64,000 nucleotides of DNA from an uncultured Pseudomonadales bacterium (lineage in GTDB: Bacteria > Pseudomonadota > Gammaproteobacteria > Pseudomonadales > Azotimanducaceae), in contig CALSRT010000009.1 of the NCBI GenBank assembly GCA_943788825.1, forward strand, positions 61,743 through 125,742, read 5' to 3'. A program made the translations under genes and the position numbers. Positions 39,658 to 49,830 of the stretch are shown here, piece after piece (within the stretch, counting starts at the first letter, position 1; each line of letters begins with the position of its first letter). Under the pieces are notes generated by a model, which was given only the letters and a program-made list of their open reading frames with translations, was not told where the DNA came from and did no database searches.

Positions 39658-42111
39658 TCAGGCGGCGGGTTCAGCGTCATCAACGGACTGAGTCAGGTGT
39701 CGGCGGACTAGCTGGCGAACATTCACCTTGATGTCCTCTTCAAGACTACCCTGTACGGTTTGTCTGAACAGTTTAAATGCTGGGTACAGACTTAATTGTT
39801 GCTGTTGATGACCGATAATCTGCCTGGCCTTCAAGGTTGCGATCAAAGTTGAAAATAATGACTTGTCAAAAAACTCAGGTGCGTTGATACCATAAAATAC
39901 CGACAGTTGGTGCCCGATAGTCCCAGCGGTAGATTCCACTTCTCGTAATGTTAAATGGCTTCCATGCTCGAGTAACTCGCTGACGATAAAGAAGCGCTGC
40001 AGGGTCGGTTCGATGATACTACCGAGTTCCATAAGGTTTGCATAAGCGTCACTGGTCACCTCGGGACAGCTCAGTCGGCTACCGTCTCTATCAACTAACT
40101 GAATGCTCGCCAGAACGTCGACGATGCGACTGATCACTACTGGCAGCTCAGACTCATCCCAGGGTAAGAAGAACTCTGCTCGTAAACAGGGGTAGAGTGT
40201 CTGGCAAGTGGTGCTCAAATCATCAAGGCAGTAACCCTTTTGGATCAGGCGGGCGATGAGTGCAGGCAGAGCGAATACGTGAATCGTGTTGTTCCGGTAG
40301 TAGCTCAGTAGTATCGGCAAGGGTGACGGTGCACTCAAGACGCTGCCAAAAGATTCTTGGGTTCGCAAAATACCCGTGACTGCGACGGCCTCATCGATAA
40401 TTGCATTGGCGGATAAGTCCGTGATCGAGAGATAAGGACCAGGCACCATGCCTTGCGCGACCTTGATTAGGGTGTTGACATGGTTGGCTAGCCGAGTCTC
40501 TTCGATATTTTGCCGAGGGGCAGAGAGCAAAATAGTAGCCACTAGGTTGACGGGATTAATTGCGGCCGCGGCGTTGATAGCTTGAGACAGTTGATTCGCC
40601 AGCAAACTACAGGTCCTGGCGAAATCAGCAGAGTCAACGGTGTCGACTTGTTGCCAGTTAGCGAGATGCTGGTCAAAAAAAGCGTGGAGATGGACGGGTT
40701 CGCCGAAATTCACGGTGACTTTGCCGAAAACATTCTTCAGTGACCCCAGGACCCTGAAAATATCCATAATGGACTCGTCTTTTTTTGCGGCGCCGGATAG
40801 TTCGTCGAGGTAAGTCGCATCTTCAAGGATTTTCTCGTAGCCAAAGTAGACGGGCATAAAACAGATCGGCTTTGAAGCATCGCGCTGAAAACTGCGCATG
40901 GTCATACTTAACATGCCCGTGCGAGGTTGTAGAGAACGTCCGGTTCGACTCCGACCGCCTTCTATGAAATATTCAACCGAGTAGCCACGGGTAAACATCA
41001 AGTGCAGGTATTCATCGAACACCGCCTTGTAGAGTGCGTCACCTTGGAATGATCGGCGCATGAAAAACGCGCCAGCTCGTCGGAGTAAAGGCCCCACAAT
41101 TGGCATATTGAGGTTTTTGCCTGCCGCGATATGCGGTGGACTCAAACCATTATGGTAAAGGACATAGGACAGCAGTAAATAATCGATGTGGCTACGGTGG
41201 CAGGGCACGTAGACAATTTCATGGTTCCTGGCCAGTTCTTTGACCTGGTTGATGTTGTTGATGTCCACCCCGTCATAAAGCTTGTTCCAAAGCCAGGTTA
41301 GAATGCCGTGGAAGAACCGGATAACTCGGTAGGACTGGTGAGAAGCAATTTCATTGGCATACGCCAATGCTTTCTTTTCCACTTTGGTGACGGCGCCACG
41401 CTTGTGCCTGGCCTCTTTTTCGATCGCGGCGCGAACGGCTGCACTGCTCATCATAGACTGAATCAAGGTTCGACGATGAGAAATGTCTGGGCCCAGAATC
41501 GCCTGCTTCTGCTGATTAAAGCGGACTCGCAGCAGCCGCAGCAGCTTCCGTTCATGCTTCTCATCAGCAGCAGAATCTGTCGTCAGCTCACTGAGATCAA
41601 TCGCTTGACTGAATTGGACCAGGATATGTTTTGAATGAAAGATGATGGCTAAGAGTTTTTTGAGGCGGCTGGTGACGGTCCAATTCTCAGAAAACAGGTG
41701 TTTAAACCAAGATCCCTCGCGGTCCGGCTGATGCCCCCAGAAGAGTGATACAGGGATCAGTTTAATGGGACGGGATTGCTCAGCCTGTTGCTCTAATAAT
41801 TTTGTCAGTCGGCCCGTATACTGCCGCTGAGTTTTGCGGCCCAGTGCACCTTCAGGCTGGCCGAGGAAGAAGAATGCGCCTCGCTGTTGAGCTTGGCCGA
41901 GCGGGTCTGAGGGTCTTGGCAGGCCGGCGGCTTCGCAGGCCTTGTCGATGACCAATAGGTCGGCGATAGACCGGTACGGCAGGACATAACAAACGTCATC
42001 AAGCGTGTTTATCCCAAGAGTAGTCTCGTCACAGCCGAGAATAGTTGGCTTGATCCAGCTGAATAACAGTTTTTGTAAAACATGAAACTGACGGGCCTTG
42101 AGTCGGGTCAT
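39658..42111 (-). CDS. plsB: glycerol-3-phosphate 1-O-acyltransferase
   Basis: About 817 aa. Acyltransferase HX4D box (VPCHRSHIDYLLLS), FFMRRSF and FIEGGRSRTGR. The ATG at 42111 (MTRLKARQF...) fits known PlsB N-termini. The ORF opening at 42171 would overlap gspD. Confidence 0.9.
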   Translation of the reverse strand: MTRLKARQFHVLQKLLFSWIKPTILGCDETTLGINTLDDVCYVLPYRSIADLLVIDKACEAAGLPRPSDPLGQAQQRGAFFFLGQPEGALGRKTQRQYTGRLTKLLEQQAEQSRPIKLIPVSLFWGHQPDREGSWFKHLFSENWTVTSRLKKLLAIIFHSKHILVQFSQAIDLSELTTDSAADEKHERKLLRLLRVRFNQQKQAILGPDISHRRTLIQSMMSSAAVRAAIEKEARHKRGAVTKVEKKALAYANEIASHQSYRVIRFFHGILTWLWNKLYDGVDINNINQVKELARNHEIVYVPCHRSHIDYLLLSYVLYHNGLSPPHIAAGKNLNMPIVGPLLRRAGAFFMRRSFQGDALYKAVFDEYLHLMFTRGYSVEYFIEGGRSRTGRSLQPRTGMLSMTMRSFQRDASKPICFMPVYFGYEKILEDATYLDELSGAAKKDESIMDIFRVLGSLKNVFGKVTVNFGEPVHLHAFFDQHLANWQQVDTVDSADFARTCSLLANQLSQAINAAAAINPVNLVATILLSAPRQNIEETRLANHVNTLIKVAQGMVPGPYLSITDLSANAIIDEAVAVTGILRTQESFGSVLSAPSPLPILLSYYRNNTIHVFALPALIARLIQKGYCLDDLSTTCQTLYPCLRAEFFLPWDESELPVVISRIVDVLASIQLVDRDGSRLSCPEVTSDAYANLMELGSIIEPTLQRFFIVSELLEHGSHLTLREVESTAGTIGHQLSVFYGINAPEFFDKSLFSTLIATLKARQIIGHQQQQLSLYPAFKLFRQTVQGSLEEDIKVNVRQLVRRHLTQSVDDAEPAA

Positions 42112-42136
42112 CAGCGATGCGCTGGGAGCCTCTCGA

Positions 42137-44050
42137 TTAACGTTTGCCATCGAATAGATCCGAAATTGCATCTAACGGATCTCGTCCCTCAATTTGTACT
42201 TCCCATATACCGGAATACTTACGTTTGCTCATGTCCTTGACGTCTTCTTTGGTGGCGAGCACCGTGGGTCTCAGGAACACTAGTAGATTCTGCTTCTCTC
42301 GAATCTTGTTGCTGCTCTTGAATAAGCGGCCCAGGATAGGAATATCTTTGAGCAACGGCACTCCAGAGCTGACGTCAGTGATCTTGTCTCGAATGAGCCC
42401 ACCTAAGATGATGACTTCACGGTCGTCGGCCAGCACTGTCGTGTCGATAGTGCGCTTGTTGGTAATCAAGTCGGCGCTGCCATCGCTGCCGATGGAAGCC
42501 AGGCTGGTCTTGTCAACTTCCGAAACCTCCTGATGGATCTCGAGGCGAACGAGGGCGCCGTCATGGACATGCGGCGTCACTTCCAGGGTCAGGCCCACAT
42601 CTTCCCGTTGAATCGTTGTAAAGGGGTTGCTGGCGCCATTGCTACCGCTGGTTGTTGAGCCCGTGCGAAAAGGCACGTTCTGACCGACAACGATTTTAGC
42701 CTGTTCATTGTCCATGGTGGTGATACTGGGAGTGGACAACAGGTTGACGTCAGAGTTAGCCGACAGTGCGCGAACGATGACGCCGAAGTTAACCCCGCTG
42801 CTGCGTTTAGCCGCAGCAAGTAGCGGTGTACTGCCCAGATCAGGGACGCTAGATAATTGGCCGTCACCCGCGGCAAGGTTTGCCAGGACGCTTGCCAACG
42901 TGCCTGATGGAGCGGTCACACCGACGGGCAAAGCGCTGCCAGAAACATCTCCAATCGCCAGTTCCGTGCCAAGGGTGCGGGTAAAATCAGAGGTGACCTC
43001 GACGATCGCCGCTTCTATGAGTACTTGCAGGCGGCGAATATCTAAACGCGCGATGATTTCTTTCAGCTCCGCCATGGTCGCCGGGTCGGCGCGGATAACC
43101 AAGGCATTGAGGGATTCATCGGCTTGAATGCTGGTGGCAATGGCCTGGCTCGCCGAGTCTTTCGGGCTTTTATCAGCGATTAGGTTTTTGAGAATTTCGG
43201 CGAGTTGCACCGCATCAGAGTGGGCCAGCCGGACCACCTGAATGGTACCGCCACGGTTTGCGGGGACGTCTAGTTCGCCGACCAGCCTAGCCACCTTATC
43301 CAAGGTCTCGGGTTCACCCTTGATAATCAAACTGTTGGTTCGTTCGCTGGCGACAACCATCACGCGGTTGGGTCCCTTGGCGCCTTTGCCCATTTGTTCG
43401 GGTGCCAGTTGTTCTAGCAGGCTGACGACGTCTTCGATCCAGGCATTCTGGAGCCGGATAATGCGAGTCGTTGAATTATCCGCGATGTCGATTCGATTGA
43501 TGATCTGGGTTAGTCGAGCGATGTTTTCTGCATGATCACTGATGATCAAGGCGTTTGGCTCTGATAGGCCGGCAATATGACCATACTGGGGTATTAAAGG
43601 TCGGAGAATCTTAACCAGTTCATTCGAATCGGTATTTTTAACGCTTAGCACCTGAGTCACCAATTCTTCGCCTGGATTCTCAGTGGAAAAATCCTGGGGA
43701 TTACCACTCTGCTTGGCGAGGACCTGCTGAACGATACGAACCACATTGCCGGAAGGGACTGCTGCAAAACCATGGACCCGTAGGACCGCCAGAAACAATT
43801 CATAGACGGCGGGCGTATCCATGGAGGTATTGGAAATGACAGTAACATTGCCTTTAACCCGGGGATCGACAATAAAACTCTTGCCGGTGATGGCGGATAC
43901 CTGAGTCACAAACTCACGGATATCGGCATTTTTCAGATTGATTTTCCAGTTCTCTTGGCTCGCTGCCGGTAGCGACAGTACTAGCGACAGTAGTAGCAAG
44001 GTGCTGACGAAGGTTATCCTGAGGGTGAGTCTGTGTCCCATTGACAGCAT
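42137..44050 (-). CDS. gspD: type II secretion system secretin GspD
   Basis: Signal peptide, N0-N3 domains (INLKNADIREFVTQVSAITGKSFIVDPRVKG) and a C-terminal secretin domain (VPLLKDIPILGRLF). The first in-frame ATG is at 44050. Confidence 0.9.
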   Translation of the reverse strand: MLSMGHRLTLRITFVSTLLLLSLVLSLPAASQENWKINLKNADIREFVTQVSAITGKSFIVDPRVKGNVTVISNTSMDTPAVYELFLAVLRVHGFAAVPSGNVVRIVQQVLAKQSGNPQDFSTENPGEELVTQVLSVKNTDSNELVKILRPLIPQYGHIAGLSEPNALIISDHAENIARLTQIINRIDIADNSTTRIIRLQNAWIEDVVSLLEQLAPEQMGKGAKGPNRVMVVASERTNSLIIKGEPETLDKVARLVGELDVPANRGGTIQVVRLAHSDAVQLAEILKNLIADKSPKDSASQAIATSIQADESLNALVIRADPATMAELKEIIARLDIRRLQVLIEAAIVEVTSDFTRTLGTELAIGDVSGSALPVGVTAPSGTLASVLANLAAGDGQLSSVPDLGSTPLLAAAKRSSGVNFGVIVRALSANSDVNLLSTPSITTMDNEQAKIVVGQNVPFRTGSTTSGSNGASNPFTTIQREDVGLTLEVTPHVHDGALVRLEIHQEVSEVDKTSLASIGSDGSADLITNKRTIDTTVLADDREVIILGGLIRDKITDVSSGVPLLKDIPILGRLFKSSNKIREKQNLLVFLRPTVLATKEDVKDMSKRKYSGIWEVQIEGRDPLDAISDLFDGKR

Positions 44051-44154
44051 AGTCTGGTGAAATCCCTTGAAAAGGCGAATGTTACTGTAATTCCCCGGAT
44101 AACCCAACGATCATCAGTGGTATGCGCAACTTAGTGTTCAAGCTGTGTGCGGAT

Positions 44155-45102
44155 CTACTGTTCTGGAATGGGTACCGTGAGGAAGAATCGTCGATCATCT
44201 CGCTGGATCTCAACCCGAACGCGACGTTGCTCCATAGCCTGGTCGATTAGTGCGCTGTCGCTGCGAACATCGCCTACAGGTGTGCCGTTGACTGACAGAA
44301 TCATGTCACCCTCTTGAAGTCCGGCCTGCAGCATTTTCTGGGAGGGCAATTCATCGCTGATACGATAGCCACTAGCCTCGCCTTCACTCACGGCGCTGAC
44401 GCCCAACTCGCTCAACAGACCTGCTGGGTCTGATTCGAGTCTGTCGCGATATTCATTGACAAAATTTTTCAGGTTAGCGCCGGGCTGGGCGACTGCAGTT
44501 CGCGGAGTGCGCTGCCGATCAGCAATGCGCTGCCTGATTTGGCTGAGTCTGGACGCTGGGTTATTGAATTCCACCGCGGGTTCCGGTGAGGCCGTCTCGT
44601 TGGCGCTGAATTGCTGACGTATGTTGCTATCGGAGAACATCAGTTTCTCGATTTGACCGCCGCGCTTAAGGAGGATGTGGTCATTCAATACAGCCTCAAG
44701 TACAGCGTTGCCAGGGAGTCGATCGCCAATGCTGAAGAGTTCGCCGTCTTTGCCCCGTTCCGCGACGATGGCGGTTGAATCTGCTGTCACTGTAGCTATA
44801 AAGACGCCTTGTAATTCCAGATTTAACCGGGTTTCCGGTGCCTCTGCGGCGACTACAACGTTAGATTGTTGGACGTCACCAAATAGGTTGAGTTTGGCAA
44901 TGCTACTGGCTGGCTTACGGGGGCTTTCAACAGCGTTCCCAGCGGGTGCGACGATGCTCACAGGAGCCTTGTCATCCCAGTGCTCCAGCGCGAACAAGAT
45001 GCCATTGGCCAGGCTCAGACCGATGACCATCGCCATCACGACACCGATGGACGTGGCCAGTTGTCGCCGGTACTGCTGATAGAAAGCAACGATTGAATCC
45101 AA
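44155..45102 (-). CDS. gspC: type II secretion system protein GspC
   Basis: N-terminal TM anchor, HR region and C-terminal PDZ-like domain (LQEGDMILSVNGTPVGD). Immediately upstream of gspD. TTG start with GGAG 9 nt upstream. Confidence 0.75.
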   Translation of the reverse strand: MDSIVAFYQQYRRQLATSIGVVMAMVIGLSLANGILFALEHWDDKAPVSIVAPAGNAVESPRKPASSIAKLNLFGDVQQSNVVVAAEAPETRLNLELQGVFIATVTADSTAIVAERGKDGELFSIGDRLPGNAVLEAVLNDHILLKRGGQIEKLMFSDSNIRQQFSANETASPEPAVEFNNPASRLSQIRQRIADRQRTPRTAVAQPGANLKNFVNEYRDRLESDPAGLLSELGVSAVSEGEASGYRISDELPSQKMLQAGLQEGDMILSVNGTPVGDVRSDSALIDQAMEQRRVRVEIQRDDRRFFLTVPIPEQ

Positions 45103-45135
45103 GTCAGTGCTCCAATAGGCGCCGTGGATAAAGGT

Positions 45136-45891
45136 TCAAAATAATTTTTCCTCCAGTGCCAGTGCGGTGTCATCGAGGCTGTCACTGGACGGCCAGGGTA
45201 GTTGGGCAAGCTTAAACAATCTAGCCTTTATAGCAACCTTCACCCAGCCGTCTGGCTTGAGCAGCAGGCTGACTAATTGGGCATCCAGGCCATTCTTTTG
45301 CTGAGTCACAGCGAGACTGAAATCCTTGTCCTGCAGGCTGATATGGCCCTGTAAGGGCGGCAAGTTAATCAATCCTGTACCTCGAGGATCTGGGAATGTG
45401 AGCTGTCCCCCGGCCCAATTCAGCCGACCAGTGGCCGCGCTGAGCCCGGTCTGATTGACACCAAGTTGGATGTTTTCAAGGGTCACATCGCCGCTGGTTG
45501 AGAGGCCAAAGCGCGCGCCCAGTTGATTCAGGTAGTCGGGCTGCAGGGTGCCGCTGAGATGCTCTAGCACTATACTGGAGGGTTTCAAGGTCATGAGTGC
45601 CAGCAGCTGGTGTCCGGTGCCCGTTGCATTGATTTGCACAGGCAGGCCGCCCGCTAACAATCGGTGGCTTGCCAGTTGCCAAGTAACCCGACTGGGGGTG
45701 AAATCGCCAACGCGCAAGTCGGCTTGTCCATTCCACAGGCTGCCTTCAATGTTCAATAGACTCAGAGCCGGCAAAACCTCAGCGGTTTTATCCTTAAACT
45801 GTGCCCAGACAAGGCTGGCAGGTAGATACGTGATCAGGAATCCGAGGAATGCGACGAGACCGATGCTGGTATAGAGTAGGCTTCTGCGCAT
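45136..45891 (-). CDS. gspN: type II secretion system protein GspN
   Basis: About 250 aa with an N-terminal TM anchor followed by LPASLVW and the GSLWNG motif typical of GspN. Confidence 0.7.
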   Translation of the reverse strand: MRRSLLYTSIGLVAFLGFLITYLPASLVWAQFKDKTAEVLPALSLLNIEGSLWNGQADLRVGDFTPSRVTWQLASHRLLAGGLPVQINATGTGHQLLALMTLKPSSIVLEHLSGTLQPDYLNQLGARFGLSTSGDVTLENIQLGVNQTGLSAATGRLNWAGGQLTFPDPRGTGLINLPPLQGHISLQDKDFSLAVTQQKNGLDAQLVSLLLKPDGWVKVAIKARLFKLAQLPWPSSDSLDDTALALEEKLF

Positions 45892-46265
45892 CAAACGAAC
45901 CAGTTAACGATGGTTTCGCCGACAGCCGTAAATCGACGCCAGCCCTGCTCATCGTTACCGTCCCAGCCGCCATTGCTGCAGCGAGTCTCTAAGCCCAATG
46001 CCTGCCACGCGGCCAGGGCGCAATCGCGGTCAGTTGCCCATGGAGTTTGGTCGGACTTGAACCAGACTGAGGTATATCCACCTTTAACGGCGTTCTCAAC
46101 GATCACGCAAGATTGGCCATTAGCCAACGTGATGTTGGTAGTGGTGCCTCGGGTCGCGCACGTGATGGGGCCCATGAGGCTATTCAGCCAGGCTTGCAGA
46201 TCGGCTAAGTCAGGTCGCTTGATATAGATTTCGATATCGGGGAAGGCTTGCGTGGCGTCGCTCAT
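45891..46265 (-). CDS. hypothetical cytoplasmic protein (124 aa, Trp-rich), family not recognised
   Basis: This ORF exactly fills the gap between dapE and gspN. Both junctions are TGATG overlaps (stop/start sharing 1 nt). There is no signal peptide or TM segment. Confidence 0.6.
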   Translation of the reverse strand: MSDATQAFPDIEIYIKRPDLADLQAWLNSLMGPITCATRGTTTNITLANGQSCVIVENAVKGGYTSVWFKSDQTPWATDRDCALAAWQALGLETRCSNGGWDGNDEQGWRRFTAVGETIVNWFV

Positions 46266-47431
46266 CAAGTTTCTTCGCCCACAAGCCGCTGGAGAATGTC
46301 GCTGTATATATGTGACAACTCAATGAGGTCAGCGGTCGCCACGCACTCGTTGATCTTGTGGATCGTATTATTCCGTGGCCCTAATTCGATGACTTGTGTT
46401 CCTGTAGGCGCAATGAACCGGCCGTCAGATGTACCGCCGGAGGTGGACAATTCGGTGACGATGCCAAGGCGAGCCGCGAGCACTTCTTGTACGGCTGGAA
46501 TTAGCTCGCCGCCACTGGTCAGGAAGGGGAGCCCAGACAGAGACCAGTTGATCTCATAGTCAACGCCATGGTCCTGTAACAGTGTCTCCGTGCGCTGTCG
46601 CAGAGACGCTTCACTAGAGGCCGTCGAAAACCGAAAATTCAGCAGCAGGTTCATCTCTCCAGGAATCACATTGTTGGCTCCGGTGCCGCTATGGATATTC
46701 GAGATCTGCAAAGACGTAGGGGGAAAAGCGTCATTGCCGGCATCCCATTCGATATCTACCAGTTTCGCCAGTGCCGGCAAGGCCGAGTGAATCGGATTCA
46801 GTGCCTCGGTGGGATAGGCCACATGGCCCTGTACCCCCTTGATGGACAACTGCGCGTTGAGTGAGCCCCGTCTGCCACAGCGAACCACATCACCGAGCAG
46901 GAGATTGCTGGAAGGCTCGCCCACCAGACACCAGTCGATATGGGTGCCGCGGTTTTGTAGCTCCTCCATCACTCGGCGCGTACCATTCAGCGCCACAGCT
47001 TCTTCGTCACTGGTGATCAAGAAGCCGATAGTGCCGGGGTGATCAGCGTGCGTTGCCAGAAAGCGCTGGCACGCTGTGAGCATGGCGGCTAATGAGCCTT
47101 TCATATCTGCTGCGCCGCGGCCGAATAGTAAGCCGTCTTTGATGGTTGGCGCGAAGGGCGGGGTATGCCAGTCATCGAGGGGCCCGGGTGGTACAACATC
47201 GGTGTGGCCTGCGAAGACAAACAGTGGTGCGCCATCGCCGTGGAGTGCCCACAGGTTATCCACGTCGCCGAAGGGCATGGATTCGATGCGAAAACCGAGC
47301 GCGCTAAGATAGTCAGCCATCAGCCCCTGACAACCTGCGTCGTCAGGGGAGACCGACTCGGCACGGATGAGTTGCTGTGCCAGAGCCAGGGTCTCAGCGT
47401 CGAGGCGGGCGGGATTAGATTCAGTGCTCAT
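46265..47431 (-). CDS. dapE: succinyl-diaminopimelate desuccinylase
   Basis: M20 peptidase motifs (FAGHTDVVP, GRGAADMKG, SDEE). 388 aa. Confidence 0.9.
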   Translation of the reverse strand: MSTESNPARLDAETLALAQQLIRAESVSPDDAGCQGLMADYLSALGFRIESMPFGDVDNLWALHGDGAPLFVFAGHTDVVPPGPLDDWHTPPFAPTIKDGLLFGRGAADMKGSLAAMLTACQRFLATHADHPGTIGFLITSDEEAVALNGTRRVMEELQNRGTHIDWCLVGEPSSNLLLGDVVRCGRRGSLNAQLSIKGVQGHVAYPTEALNPIHSALPALAKLVDIEWDAGNDAFPPTSLQISNIHSGTGANNVIPGEMNLLLNFRFSTASSEASLRQRTETLLQDHGVDYEINWSLSGLPFLTSGGELIPAVQEVLAARLGIVTELSTSGGTSDGRFIAPTGTQVIELGPRNNTIHKINECVATADLIELSHIYSDILQRLVGEET

Positions 47432-47449
47432 CAGTGCTATCTACCTGAA

Positions 47450-48475
47450 CTAGTTATGGGTATGCAGGGCCGGATTCAATTGAATGGCCTTACTGTTAGT
47501 TCGACATTCCACAGCGCCGGTGAGGGAATTGCGAATAAACAGCATATCCGACTGTCCCGCCAGATCTCTGGCTTTGACCGTTTGAACGGTCTTTTTGTTT
47601 TCGTCCAAGACGTGGACCCGCGTGCCGGCAGTAATGTACAGGCCAGCCTCGATAATGCAGCGATCGCCGAGGGGTATGCCGGTACCGGCATTGGCGCCGA
47701 TCAAGCAATCTCGACCGATAGACAGAATCAGTTTACCGCCGCCTGAAAGTGTGCCCATAGTGCTGGCGCCGCCACCCAGGTCGCTACCAGCATGCATCAC
47801 CACGCCCTGTGACAATCGACCCTCGACCATATTGGGGCCTTCTGTGCCGGCATTGAAGTTGATAAAACCCTCATGCATGACGGTTGTGCCTTCACCCAGA
47901 TAAGCGCCCAGTCTAACCCGTGCCGAATGGGATATGCGCACACCGCTGGGTACCACATAGTTGGTCATCTTCGGGAACTTGTCGACTGCAGAAACCTCTA
48001 GCTGTTCGCCCCGAACCCTCGCTAGGGTCTGGGCTTCGGCGAGCTCTTCGGGATCGATGGCGCCGAGATTGGTCCAGGCAATAGTCGGCAATTGGGCAAA
48101 GATGCCGGTGAGGTTGATTTCGTTCGGCTGAACGTGACGATGGGATAGTAGATGTAACTTCAAGTAGGCCTCTGGTGTCGAGGCTAAGGCGGTATCTTGC
48201 TCGATCAGCGTGATTACCAGGGGGCGCACCGCATTCGTTAAGCTGTCGACAACGACCTGCTGCTCGGCAGTCAGCAGTGGCCGTAATTTTGGCAGAAGTG
48301 CTGCTGGCAGTTCAATGGTGGTATTACCACCGGCATAACCAAGTACGCCAGCCAGCGCCTCAATCTCTGTCTGGGCAGGTTTGAAAACCGGCTTCGGATA
48401 GTAAACCTCTAACCATTCGCCTTTGCGGTTCTGAGTGCCGATGCCGATGGCATAACTGAAAAAATCTGTGCTCAT
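47450..48475 (-). CDS. dapD: 2,3,4,5-tetrahydropyridine-2,6-dicarboxylate N-succinyltransferase (long form)
   Basis: 341 aa. N-terminus FSYAIGIGTQNRKGEWLEVYYP resembles the Pseudomonas-type DapD. Hexapeptide-repeat C-terminal half. Confidence 0.9.
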   Translation of the reverse strand: MSTDFFSYAIGIGTQNRKGEWLEVYYPKPVFKPAQTEIEALAGVLGYAGGNTTIELPAALLPKLRPLLTAEQQVVVDSLTNAVRPLVITLIEQDTALASTPEAYLKLHLLSHRHVQPNEINLTGIFAQLPTIAWTNLGAIDPEELAEAQTLARVRGEQLEVSAVDKFPKMTNYVVPSGVRISHSARVRLGAYLGEGTTVMHEGFINFNAGTEGPNMVEGRLSQGVVMHAGSDLGGGASTMGTLSGGGKLILSIGRDCLIGANAGTGIPLGDRCIIEAGLYITAGTRVHVLDENKKTVQTVKARDLAGQSDMLFIRNSLTGAVECRTNSKAIQLNPALHTHN

Positions 48476-48615
48476 AGTAGTATCCTGTGACGCTTATGTT
48501 GAGTTCGATGGTGCGTACGGGAGCTTCGTCGCTGTACGCCATTTGATGTAAATACTGTTGATCTGCTCGCGGTCGTTTCTAGTGAGATGACCTCATGATT
48601 TGTCTGTTGATATTG

Positions 48616-49830
48616 CTATAGGTATTTTCGGTGTTGCATGAAGCTCCGCAGTCGACCGGCAGCCTCCACGCACTCATCCAACGTCGCCACCAGGGCCAAT
48701 CTAACTCGGTCCTGACCAGGGTTGGCACCGTCTACAACCCTTGATAGATAACTGCCCGGCAACACCTTGATGTTGGCGCGGGCCAGCAACCGTTGGGCGA
48801 ACTGCTCATCGTTGACCGGGGTCTGTGGCCACAAATAAAAACTGGCAGTCGGCTGCGTCATGGGCCAGACGTCCTGCAGTATCTCGCCCACTGCGGCATA
48901 CTTCTGCCGATAGCTTGCTCGATTGTTGATGACGTGTTGTTCGTCATCCCATGCCGCGATACTCACCCTTTGATGATGGACTGACATGGCCGAGCCGTGG
49001 TACGTGCGGTACAACAAAAACGCGCGAATCAGTTCAGCATCACCACAGGCGTAGCCTGACCGCAGCCCAGGCAGGTTGGAGCGTTTCGACAGGCTATTGA
49101 AGGCAATGCAGTTTTTATAGTCGTGCCGGCCCATAGCACAGGCGGCCTCTAGTAATCCGGATGGTGGTGCCAGTTCGTCAGCGTAAATTTCCGAGTAGCA
49201 TTCGTCTGACGCTATCACGAAATCATATTCATCGGAGAGTCGAATCAAGGATTGCATATCCTCAATCGAGGCGACAGCGCCCGTTGGATTCCCCGGCGTA
49301 CACAAATAGAGTAAGGAACATTTTTGCCATTGCGCTTCAGTGACAACGGAGAAGTCCGGTAAATAGTCAGTCGCTGCAGTACAGGGTACATATACTGGCG
49401 TGCTACCCGCGAGCAAAGCGGCGCCTTCGTAGATCTGATAAAAGGGATTGGGCATCAACGTACAGCTCTGTGCTCGGCTGTCGATCACGGTTTGCGCAAT
49501 GGCGAACAATGCTTCACGGCTGCCAGTAACGGGCAAGACCTGGGTTTCCGGGTCAATCGGGCTCGCAGCCAGGTTAAAGCGCCGATTAACGAAGTTTGCT
49601 ATGGATGCTCGCAGTTCAGGTATACCACGGGTCGGCGGGTAGGTTCCAAGGCCTTGGACAACACTGGTCTGCTCGAGATATTTGGCGATAATAAAGTCGG
49701 GGGCTGGATGTTTGGGTTCTCCCAGCGACAAAGCGATAAACGCGTGCTCCGGCGCAGGCGTAATGTCAGCCAATAAGCGGTTGAGTCGTTCAAAGGGGTA
49801 GGGCTTGAGTAGTTCGAGCTGTTTATTCAT
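48616..49830 (-). CDS. dapC: succinyldiaminopimelate transaminase (class I aminotransferase)
   Basis: MNKQLELLKPYPFERLNRLL N-terminus and PLP Lys region SLSKRSNLPGLRSGY. ATG 49830 forms an ATGA overlap with the glnD stop. Confidence 0.8.
   Translation of the reverse strand: MNKQLELLKPYPFERLNRLLADITPAPEHAFIALSLGEPKHPAPDFIIAKYLEQTSVVQGLGTYPPTRGIPELRASIANFVNRRFNLAASPIDPETQVLPVTGSREALFAIAQTVIDSRAQSCTLMPNPFYQIYEGAALLAGSTPVYVPCTAATDYLPDFSVVTEAQWQKCSLLYLCTPGNPTGAVASIEDMQSLIRLSDEYDFVIASDECYSEIYADELAPPSGLLEAACAMGRHDYKNCIAFNSLSKRSNLPGLRSGYACGDAELIRAFLLYRTYHGSAMSVHHQRVSIAAWDDEQHVINNRASYRQKYAAVGEILQDVWPMTQPTASFYLWPQTPVNDEQFAQRLLARANIKVLPGSYLSRVVDGANPGQDRVRLALVATLDECVEAAGRLRSFMQHRKYL

Noticed and set aside
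47165-47746. 193-aa plus-strand ORF spanning the dapE/dapD junction, and similar long antisense ORFs at 49885..50526, 52502..53065 and 13149..13664
   Set aside because: All lie opposite well-supported conserved genes (dapE/dapD, glnD, map, ygfZ). They cross gene boundaries or lack start context, and their translations are low-complexity with no motifs. These are typical shadow ORFs.
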